A stretch of DNA of 64,000 nt from NCBI GenBank assembly GCA_030535355.1, contig JAUNIO010000007.1, positions 15,742-79,741 on the forward strand, read 5' to 3'. The stretch comes from a bacterium (GTDB lineage: Bacteria; Vulcanimicrobiota; Xenobia; Xenobiales; Xenobiaceae). Below are positions 30,654 through 38,167 of the stretch, in pieces. Made by a program: the position numbers and the translations under genes. Each line of letters begins with the position of its first letter. The first letter of the stretch is position 1. The notes under the pieces are model-generated. The model searched no databases, had not been told where the DNA came from, and was given only the letters and a program-made list of their open reading frames with translations.

Positions 30654-30821
30654 GTTTTACTTTTTGTCGAAAAGTAAAATTTAAATGAAATAAAAGTAAA
30701 AATACTCTGCAAAAAGTAAAATGAAATATCTAAAAGTAAAATGAATCCTTACACTTTTGTTTAATAAGGCTTTTGTCAGATAATAGTTATTGTTTAAGGA
30801 ATTTGAGCAAAAGTAAAAATG
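30654..30821 (+). promoter_or_regulatory. array of AAAAGTAAAA(T) repeats upstream of and overlapping the start of the AlbA_2 gene
   Basis: Direct copies start near 30670, 30692, 30712 and 30732, about 20-21 nt apart. Another overlaps the ATG at about 30809, and an inverted copy lies at 30654-30665. Confidence 0.5.
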
Positions 30822-32309
30822 ACTTGTGAAGAATTGCTGGAAATATTAGCGCAAATACAAAACTCAAGATGCGAAACGCAAAATCTGGAGATTAAAGCTG
30901 CGGCCCAGGGCTGTCCCACGCGTTTGTATGATACGCTCTCAAGTTTTTCTAATCAGGATGAGGGCGGAATCATTGTGTTTGGCGTTGATGAAAAAGATAA
31001 TTTCCGCGAATGCGGCGTTTACAATCCGCAAGATTTGCAAAAGAAGATCGCTGAGCAATGTCTGCAGATGGAGCCGAGAGTCAGGCCTTTGCTGACTATC
31101 GCTGAAAAAGATGGGCGTTTTTTTGCCGCAGCTGAAATACCTGGCTTAGATGCAGCTGATCGTCCCTGCTATTATCAAGGACGAGGCCGTCTTAAAGGCG
31201 CTTATGTGCGCGTCGGCGACAGTGACGAGCCTATGACTGAATATGAAGTATACGCTTATGAAGCCTTTAAAAGAAATTACCAAGATGATATTCGTCCAGT
31301 TGAGCGAGCTTTGCGTTCGGCTTTGGACCAGGAACTGCTGCGAAGCTACCTGCGCCGTTTACAGGACAGCAAACCCAATTTAAGCTCGCTCGGCGATGCG
31401 GAAATATGCGAGCTTCTAAGCTATACCAAAAACGGAACGCCGACCCTGAGCGCAGTTCTGTTGTTTGGCAAATATCCGCAGGCGTTTTTTCCTCAGCTTT
31501 GTATTACCGCCGTCGTTGTTCCGGGAACACAGCTGGGCGATACGGGAGAACAGGGAGAACGGTTTATAGATAATCGCCGGATCGAAGGCAGCGTTTCTGC
31601 TATGCTGGATCAGACTATGGCTTTTTTGAGCAAAAACATGCGTACCAAGATAATTATTGACGCCATGACCGGCAAGAGAGAAGATCGGCCCGAATATCCT
31701 CTGATTGCTTTACGTGAGATGCTTCTCAACGCCTTGGTGCACAGAGACTACAGCACGCATACCGAAGGGACGCCTATCCGGGTTATTATGTACAGAGATC
31801 GTTTGGAAGTCTGCAGTCCCGGCGGCATTTATGGACGTCTTCAGGTAAAACAGCTGGGGCTGGTGCATCCCAGCACAAGAAATCCCGTGCTGGCCACAGC
31901 TTTCGAAGTGATGGGGCTGACCGAAAACCGTTATTCGGGAATCCCGGCTATGCGCCGGGCGATGGCGGATTTCGGGCTGCCCGAGCCAGTATTCACCGAC
32001 GAACGGGGCAATTTTACGGCCACGTTATACAACGGCCTAACTGCTGAATATACCGCCAGCCCTGAGCTTTCAGAACCAGAGCGAAAATTGCTGTTATTTT
32101 TGCAAACGCCGCGCAGCAGAAAAGAGATCGCGGAACATTTAGGTCTAAGTTCGGTGGCTTATGCGCTGAAAGAATATGCCGGGCCATTATTAGACCAGGG
32201 TCTGATTACCATGACCATGCGCGACAAGCCCAGGAGCCATAAGCAAATGTTTGTGCTGAGCGATTCCGGGAAGAAGCTAGTTAGGGATTTTTTACAAAAC
32301 CGATATTAG
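30819..32309 (+). CDS. AlbA_2 (Schlafen-like) + HATPase_c_4 + C-terminal wHTH protein (RecG-like putative transcriptional regulator)
   Basis: The N-terminal ETQNLEIKAA...GGIIVFGV fits AlbA_2. The central LREMLLNALVHRDYS fits HATPase_c_4. The C-terminal RKEIAEHLGLS looks like an HTH. Confidence 0.7.
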   Translation: MTCEELLEILAQIQNSRCETQNLEIKAAAQGCPTRLYDTLSSFSNQDEGGIIVFGVDEKDNFRECGVYNPQDLQKKIAEQCLQMEPRVRPLLTIAEKDGRFFAAAEIPGLDAADRPCYYQGRGRLKGAYVRVGDSDEPMTEYEVYAYEAFKRNYQDDIRPVERALRSALDQELLRSYLRRLQDSKPNLSSLGDAEICELLSYTKNGTPTLSAVLLFGKYPQAFFPQLCITAVVVPGTQLGDTGEQGERFIDNRRIEGSVSAMLDQTMAFLSKNMRTKIIIDAMTGKREDRPEYPLIALREMLLNALVHRDYSTHTEGTPIRVIMYRDRLEVCSPGGIYGRLQVKQLGLVHPSTRNPVLATAFEVMGLTENRYSGIPAMRRAMADFGLPEPVFTDERGNFTATLYNGLTAEYTASPELSEPERKLLLFLQTPRSRKEIAEHLGLSSVAYALKEYAGPLLDQGLITMTMRDKPRSHKQMFVLSDSGKKLVRDFLQNRY

Positions 32310-33330
32310 CGGGCAAACCGAGCGGCCCTTCACCCAGCAGTTTGCGCAGCAGCTTCCAGGTGTGCCCGTGCTGCATATGCCCGCGGTAACTGGCGACGAC
32401 CTGCCTTATATCAGTAGCTTCCATGGTCCCCGCGGCATAAGCATTCCGCATATAGCGCAGTTTCTTCTTACAGCGCTTTTTCGTGCTCTGCCGCACCTTC
32501 CTAATGATTTTTCCGGACTCAGCCAGATAGAAATGAAAGCCCAGGTAATCGATGCCATTTCGCAACGGAGCGATCTTGGTCTTAGCGTTGAACTCCAACC
32601 CTAGCTTATCCGCCAGCGCGCGCATCTCCCGCAGGCAATAGCGCAGATAGGATTTATCGCGATGGATCAGCACCATATCATCCATGTAACGGGAAAAATA
32701 CGCGATCTGCAGGCGCTCCTTGATCAGCCGATCCATTTCATCCAGATAATACAGAGCGAACCACTGGCTAGTCTGATTGCCCAGGGGCAGCCCCTTGCCC
32801 GGGACAGTCTCGTAACTGTCGATGATTACGTGCAATAGCTGCACAAGCCCAGCTTCCTGGAATATTTGGGAAAGCTTGGCTTTAAGCTTTTCGTGATCGA
32901 TATTGTCGAAGAATTTGCGGATGTCGCACTTGAGAAAATAGCCGTCAGGGCCCTGATGCTTATAGTAATCTGCTAGGAAATGCGTAACCCTATGGATGGC
33001 GAACAGGGTTCCCTTGCCTATGCGGCAGGCGGCATTGTCATAGACAAGCCGCTTATCCAGCTCGGGCGCTATTATTTCGTCGCAGAGGCAGTGCTGCACC
33101 ACCCTGTCGCGGTAATGCAGGGCGCTGATGATGCGGGGCTTGGGATCGAAGACGGGAAACTGATAATATCCCGACAGCCTGTAAGAGCCATTGCGCAGGG
33201 CATCCGCTAAGGTCACGAGATGCCAGGAAAGGTTCATTTCGAACTCAATGATCTCTTTTAGGTCGCGTTTGCCCAGCCGGGCCTTTTTATGCGCCTTGTA
33301 TAGATTGGCAAAGGCGCAAAGTTTATCCAT
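32281..33330 (-). CDS. DGR reverse transcriptase
   Basis: LPLGNQTSQWFALYY matches the DGR-specific (I/L)GxxxSQ motif, and YMDDMVLI is the catalytic YxDD box. VFDPKPRIISALHYRDRVVQHCL is also present. From memory, the protein is colinear with Bordetella phage BPP-1 Brt. Confidence 0.92.
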   Translation of the reverse strand: MDKLCAFANLYKAHKKARLGKRDLKEIIEFEMNLSWHLVTLADALRNGSYRLSGYYQFPVFDPKPRIISALHYRDRVVQHCLCDEIIAPELDKRLVYDNAACRIGKGTLFAIHRVTHFLADYYKHQGPDGYFLKCDIRKFFDNIDHEKLKAKLSQIFQEAGLVQLLHVIIDSYETVPGKGLPLGNQTSQWFALYYLDEMDRLIKERLQIAYFSRYMDDMVLIHRDKSYLRYCLREMRALADKLGLEFNAKTKIAPLRNGIDYLGFHFYLAESGKIIRKVRQSTKKRCKKKLRYMRNAYAAGTMEATDIRQVVASYRGHMQHGHTWKLLRKLLGEGPLGLPANIGFVKNP

Positions 33331-33689
33331 TATCAGCTGCCTGCCTTTCCGCTAAGCTCCATAATTGAATAAGTCCCCTATAATCAACGATATTACCTTA
33401 AACCTTTTTACAATTGCCTCATACAGCGTCACGCCGATCGCCTCTCCACTCCGCTCCTTCAAGCAAAGATATGATATTGCCCGCTTAGGCAATGGCCAGC
33501 TTAGAAAATGTAGAGAGGGGCGGCAGGGGAAATATCCCGAAAGCCCGCAAGCGCAATATGCGCGTGAAAGCTCCTGCCGCCATGTGTTTTCATGGCAGAA
33601 ACCAGCGTCCTGCTCATGAGGGAAGGCAGTTCCTTTGTTCTCCGCGCACCGGTCAGCTGCACCTGCAGACTAACATCACACCAGCGGAG

Positions 33690-33818
33690 CAATGCGGGAC
33701 GAACACAGCCAGAATCATTATTAACGTTGTTGCCATTAGTATTGATGTCGCCATCGTTATTTACGTTCGCGGCGTTATTACTATTATTGCCGGGGGAGCG
33801 GAGCCACCACCAACAAGC
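33690..33818 (-). repeat. DGR template repeat (TR)
   Basis: Matches the VR at 34419-34546. Read on the minus strand it encodes ACWWWLRSPGNNSNNAANVNNDGDINTNGNNVNNDSGCVRPA, with 13 AAY Asn codons. It lies between avd and the RT gene. Confidence 0.9.
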
Positions 33819-33853
33819 TCGCCCATACAACTGCCTCCCCATTCAAACCCGCT

Positions 33854-34258
33854 TTACGCAGGCTTAAATCTCTTTCTGTCAGAACTTATCCAAGCTCCGG
33901 TCAGGCGTTCCACATCTGTGGTCAGCCTAGAAATCATCTCAAACTGCTTCATGGTGAGCGCTTTCGACTCCATCGCCAGCTGAGAGACATAAGCCAAAAT
34001 TTTAGCCTCCGAGATGGACTTATGCTGAAATTCCAAGCGTATTCCCCAGCTGGCCAAGTTTTCCCGCGTGACAAACGTATCGTTAGCGCGATAAAGATTC
34101 TCCAATATATCCAGCGCCAGGTTCTGAAGCCTGCTCACAAAGGTAAACCTAAACTGCTTGGGAGATTTGGCCGTAGCGTTGATCACATAGCGGCACAAAT
34201 CCTTAGCTTTGGTGATAACCGTCAGTTCTGATTGATATTCTTTAGCCATATTAATCAA
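33854..34258 (-). CDS. avd: Avd-like four-helix-bundle accessory variability determinant
   Basis: 134-aa helical protein with the basic C-terminus GAWISSDRKRFKP. It lies between the target gene and the TR, as in canonical DGRs. Confidence 0.8.
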   Translation of the reverse strand: MINMAKEYQSELTVITKAKDLCRYVINATAKSPKQFRFTFVSRLQNLALDILENLYRANDTFVTRENLASWGIRLEFQHKSISEAKILAYVSQLAMESKALTMKQFEMISRLTTDVERLTGAWISSDRKRFKPA

Positions 34259-34418
34259 CTTGTTCCGCGCGGCATACCGCCGCGCGGGATGGACACCTAG
34301 ATCAGCCGAAATCTTTAGCTCTAATACGCCATTTAACAGACAAGCTTCTGCTTACGCCCATCTTGAACACAAAAAGTAAAAAAATTAAAAAAGATTAAAA
34401 GAATTAAAATTTTAGATA

Positions 34419-34546
34419 CAAAGCGGGACGAACACAGCCAGAATCATCATAAACGCAGCTGCCATTAGTATGGATGTCGCCATCGCAATCTAAGGACGCG
34501 GCGAGATACTACTATAGCCGGGGGAGCGGAGCCACCACCAACAAGC
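34419..34546 (-). repeat. DGR variable repeat (VR) at the 3' end of the target gene
   Basis: Compared with the TR it has 16 substitutions at TR adenines, one G-to-T change and a 1-nt deletion at an A. The last ~25 nt (GATTCTGGCTGTGTTCGTCCCGC) are identical, like an IMH (initiation of mutagenic homing) element. Confidence 0.9.
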
Positions 34547-35413
34547 GCCGTTATCCTTGTAATTTGCTATTCTCGCCTTACCTGAAGCAAACAGCGAACC
34601 CGCTTCATCAACGGACAGCAGGAAAAGCGTATCCTCACAGCCAACATCGCTAAGCTTCGTTTTCAGGATCCTGGTCCGATCTTTAGCGGAGAAATGCTTC
34701 TTTAAGAATTCACCGTTCAAGTATTGCCGCAAGCTACACCTGGCCCAGCTGTTGGTGCTCTGATCCGTATGAAACGCCCGTTGATCGACGCAATCCTTGG
34801 TGATGAGCAACGCGTTATCGCCAGATTTTCTCAGGACCAGCCAATCGAAGTCCCCGAAATGCACAATGCTGCCGACTTGAGCGCTTTTCATCACGGTCCG
34901 ATAGGCTTGTTCCTCTTTCGCTTCCTTCTCCTTCTCGACATCTTTCCTGCGCCGCTCTTCCTCAGCGCTGGCTCGGCTCTTTAATTCTGCCTCAAATTCC
35001 TGAAGCTCCAACTCGCTCAGCTTATTCTTGGTAGCCGCTAAAAGCACGCAATTCTCGAGGACGATACCCTTATCCTTAAGACTGATATTCTTCTCAGCTA
35101 TAGATAGGGCGAGGACGGGCCGGGGAAACTCCCCCAGCTCCAGCCCCACATATTTTACATTGCCCACCTGGTAGGGCGCGGTAAAGCGATGACCTATAAG
35201 ATACACGATCAGCTTTTCCCGCCTCTCTTCGGCAGCGCTTTCGAGTATGTCGTAAAGGTCTTCCTGGGACAAAGCAATAGAATCTATCTTCTTGAGGATT
35301 TCCGCATTATCCGTAATCCGGCGCAAACGCCCGAGTTTATTATCCTTTTCCGCAGCCAGAGGGTCGCTAATTTCCATTACGCTCTTAGATACATTGTTTT
35401 CCATTCTCGACAT
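34490..35413 (-). CDS. DGR target protein, C-type-lectin/FGE-like (WWLRSPG-type) variable domain; apparently truncated by a frameshift in the VR
   Basis: The C-terminus ...NGACWWWLRSPGYSSISPRP* overlaps the VR. The N-terminus has no signal peptide. A Lys/Glu-rich coiled-coil stretch lies mid-protein. Confidence 0.85.
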   Translation of the reverse strand: MSRMENNVSKSVMEISDPLAAEKDNKLGRLRRITDNAEILKKIDSIALSQEDLYDILESAAEERREKLIVYLIGHRFTAPYQVGNVKYVGLELGEFPRPVLALSIAEKNISLKDKGIVLENCVLLAATKNKLSELELQEFEAELKSRASAEEERRRKDVEKEKEAKEEQAYRTVMKSAQVGSIVHFGDFDWLVLRKSGDNALLITKDCVDQRAFHTDQSTNSWARCSLRQYLNGEFLKKHFSAKDRTRILKTKLSDVGCEDTLFLLSVDEAGSLFASGKARIANYKDNGACWWWLRSPGYSSISPRP

Positions 35414-35472
35414 ATTATTTACTCCTCACAGACAGGCGGCCAGCCTAACAGCAACCAACGGCTGAGATAACC

Positions 35473-35670
35473 TCAGCGCGGATCGCTGACCGTATCCACA
35501 TAGCCTTCACTCATCTTCCCTAAAATAAACTGAGCCTGCTCTACAGTCATATCCGGCGCTCTGTTGGGCGAATTCTCGGCCTGAGTATCTTCCGCGTCGC
35601 CGGGCCGCACGGCAGATAAGGTCCTAGCCACATCGGCGCTGGCAGCTCCTGAGCGAGGCGTGGCACGCAA
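35473..35670 (-). CDS. small hypothetical protein
   Basis: 65-aa ORF on the same strand, between the operon and the DGR target. No motifs. Confidence 0.3.
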   Translation of the reverse strand: MRATPRSGAASADVARTLSAVRPGDAEDTQAENSPNRAPDMTVEQAQFILGKMSEGYVDTVSDPR

Positions 35671-35753
35671 GCCTGCGGCCCAGGCCGCGTGCGCTTTAAG
35701 AGGAAGGGCAGGGGCGCGTCCGGCTTTTTTCTCCGGTTAATCTCCGGTTTAGA

Positions 35754-36455
35754 CTACGGTTTAGACTCCGCAGACGGCTGCTTCTCTGGACGCTGAGGCG
35801 CGGTACTCGGAGACTCCGGCGGCGGAGCAATCGCTTTGGCCACAGAAGAGGGCTGGCGCGGCACCATCACCTTCGCAGCGGAAGAGGACTGACGCAGCGC
35901 AGGCGTTAGCCCCTTATCCAAGCTGCCGTATATTTTCAACCCCAGCCACCCCTTAGCGTTCAGGGACGTAACGGTCACGAGGGCATCGTTCTTGACGTCC
36001 TTGAGGCGCAGTCCCGGCCCAAACGGCTGCTCCTGCAGATCCAGAAAAGTCTGGAAATCCTCCTGTTTCCAAGGAATATCCTCATACTGGTTTCGCGAGG
36101 CCGCACTAGCCTGCCAAAGCTCATCCAGAATTCCCGTCATTTCAATAACTAGCGCAGGATCGCTGCTATCAGAGAGCAGACAGACACTCCTCCCCTCCAA
36201 AGAGGGCAGCTGCCCGCTCTTCCCCTGGTACGTATGCCCCTGCGGAAACTCCTGACTGTTTAAGCTCATGGCGTTTTTCCACTGCTGCAGATAGCCTTCC
36301 ATCTGTCCTGGGGCCTGGCTGGGGTCCTGACATTCCACCCCGTCTAAGCGCTTCAGATCAAATACCGTCGGATCTTCCCGCACTATATACGCCCAAACTT
36401 TATGATCGGAGAGGGCAAACAAATACCTGACAACCGTCACCTTCCGCGCACTCAT
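35754..36455 (-). CDS. hypothetical protein with a Pro/Ser-rich tail
   Basis: 233-aa ORF. Its start overlaps the upstream gene's stop by 4 nt (ATGA), suggesting translational coupling. Confidence 0.6.
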   Translation of the reverse strand: MSARKVTVVRYLFALSDHKVWAYIVREDPTVFDLKRLDGVECQDPSQAPGQMEGYLQQWKNAMSLNSQEFPQGHTYQGKSGQLPSLEGRSVCLLSDSSDPALVIEMTGILDELWQASAASRNQYEDIPWKQEDFQTFLDLQEQPFGPGLRLKDVKNDALVTVTSLNAKGWLGLKIYGSLDKGLTPALRQSSSAAKVMVPRQPSSVAKAIAPPPESPSTAPQRPEKQPSAESKP

Positions 36456-36940
36456 AGCAGATCATCGTCCTCCATCATTCTGCAGTTTTGCATCTCCCTG
36501 CGCCCAGCGGCAAACTCCCCCGCCAAGCTCTGCCACTGGCGGTTATGTTCGCGCTTCCAGTCGCCGCACCGCCGCTTCACCTGCTCTCTATGCTCCCGGC
36601 CTTCCCGCTCCAGCCTGCCGATCCGGGCCGCGGCCACCCGCATAGCTAAGGATTCCGCTCCGTCCACAGCCGCCGGGACTTCCCCTTTAGGCAGGCGCAA
36701 GGACTGCGACTCCAGCTTTTGCCGGGGTGACAGGCTCTGCTGGGCCTCCACACTGTTTTTATAACGCTTCAGCCCGTCGTTCAAGCGTTCGAAGCTCGCT
36801 TTATGTTCTTCTCCAGCTTTAGAGTGCAATTTTGCAGCAGCCTCGGCCTCCACTTGTTCGGTCACGGTTTTCTTTATTTTGGCACCCGACGAAGCTATCT
36901 CCCAGCTCTTCTTGTCCATTTCCTCCCAGCTCATCTGCAT
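36452..36940 (-). CDS. hypothetical helical, charged protein
   Basis: 162-aa ORF, coupled by a 4-nt overlap to the downstream gene. Confidence 0.55.
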   Translation of the reverse strand: MQMSWEEMDKKSWEIASSGAKIKKTVTEQVEAEAAAKLHSKAGEEHKASFERLNDGLKRYKNSVEAQQSLSPRQKLESQSLRLPKGEVPAAVDGAESLAMRVAAARIGRLEREGREHREQVKRRCGDWKREHNRQWQSLAGEFAAGRREMQNCRMMEDDDLL

Positions 36941-37044
36941 TTCCCCTGTCAGTTTTTCCGTAAATTTCTACGCCAACTTCCACGATCGAGGTCTATTATC
37001 AAGTGCTCACGTCAGCTTCTCCTATCAGCTTATCCTGTAAGCGG

Positions 37045-37959
37045 CTAGAGGCGCTCCGCCGCGCCCTGCTCGCGCTGCTCTGCCAAAGCTCCCTCGCGCA
37101 GCATCTTTTTATCCTCGGGAGCCATGCCGTAAGCATCGAAGATCATGGGGTCATCGCGCAGCAGCTTCTCGCGCTGCTCCTGCAGCTCCCCACGGTACAT
37201 CTTAGCCACAGCCTGGTGCGACTTATCCAAACTGGCCGCCCGCCAGTCGCGCAGAAGCTCCCGCAGCTGCACGGGATCGCGATCGGGGCAGTGCTTCTGC
37301 AGGGCCGCCAGCAGAGCATCTCTAAGACGCAGCATATCGTTCTCCGGCAGCAGGCCCTGCAGGTACTGCTTGATTTCCACCCTGCTGTAGCCGGACTGTT
37401 TAAAGGCTTCAATGACCGCCAGCTGCTCCTCCGGCTCCATGCGGCACAGCGCGGCCTGCTCCATAAAGGTATCCGGCAGCACGATCCCCTCGCGCTCACC
37501 GATCTCCTCTTTCAGAACGGTCACCCCCACAGCCTGGTAATTCACCTTTTCGGGCAGGTCCATCGCCTCAGTCTCCACTATCGGCAGTTTCTCTTTCAGG
37601 TAACCGTAGTAATCGGCAAAGGAGGGAAAATCTTTCCTTTCCATCCAGTCGGTCTTTTTGACGGCCTCGGCCACGCGGTAGCCGATCTCCTCCGCCACTT
37701 CTTGCTTAACGGTAATGCCCAGGGACTTCGCCAAGAAGGTGACCGTTTCCGAAACAAACTTCTCGGCCACCAGACCTAAAATCTGCCCAACGACAGGTCC
37801 CAGCGGCCCGCCCACCATGACGGCGGACAGCGCTCCTGTCAAAATGGAAGCCCCAGCGGATATGGCTCTTCCCACGCCGCTGAAAATGGCCTTACCGACG
37901 CTGCAGATACTGCTGACGCAGCTGCCGACAAGGCTGCATAAACCACTCAAGAAACCCAT
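37045..37959 (-). CDS. glycine-zipper membrane protein with a helical cytoplasmic domain
   Basis: The N-terminal ~70 aa (MGFLSGLCSLVGSCVSSICSVGKAIFSGVGRAISAGASILTGALSAVMVGGPLGPVVGQILGLV) carry repeated small-xxx-small motifs. Confidence 0.6.
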   Translation of the reverse strand: MGFLSGLCSLVGSCVSSICSVGKAIFSGVGRAISAGASILTGALSAVMVGGPLGPVVGQILGLVAEKFVSETVTFLAKSLGITVKQEVAEEIGYRVAEAVKKTDWMERKDFPSFADYYGYLKEKLPIVETEAMDLPEKVNYQAVGVTVLKEEIGEREGIVLPDTFMEQAALCRMEPEEQLAVIEAFKQSGYSRVEIKQYLQGLLPENDMLRLRDALLAALQKHCPDRDPVQLRELLRDWRAASLDKSHQAVAKMYRGELQEQREKLLRDDPMIFDAYGMAPEDKKMLREGALAEQREQGAAERL

Positions 37960-38167
37960 AATGTTACCTCCTCTGCTCCCTTACTTTAGAAATGTCATTT
38001 ATTAACAATGTCATTTTGTTAATACTTCGCGAACAAGTTATCGTTTACACCAGCTTCCGCGCCAGCGCAGCTTTGCTCAGCTCAGAAAGTCCTTGAGCAG
38101 GATTGTGACTCGCTGTATTTGCTGCCCAGCCAGCGTCAGAATACTTAATTGAACCAGCCAGGTTTGC

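Noticed and set aside
30654-30821. Possible CRISPR array (regularly spaced repeats)
   Set aside because: The repeat unit is only about 11 nt and the spacers are about 10 nt. It is AT-rich, has no cas genes nearby, and the last copy overlaps a start codon. A regulatory array fits better.
32281-33330. RT gene considered as a retron or group II intron RT
   Set aside because: The gene has the (I/L)GxxxSQ motif, an adjacent Avd and a TR/VR pair with A-specific changes, which identify a DGR. I saw no msr/msd-like inverted repeats and no intron RNA domains or maturase/endonuclease domain.
33501-33842. 113-aa ORF containing ACWWWLRSPGNNSNN...
   Set aside because: It is the translation of the DGR template repeat and its flanks. 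The TR is a non-coding template. There is no RBS, and the sequence beyond the TR is not protein-like.
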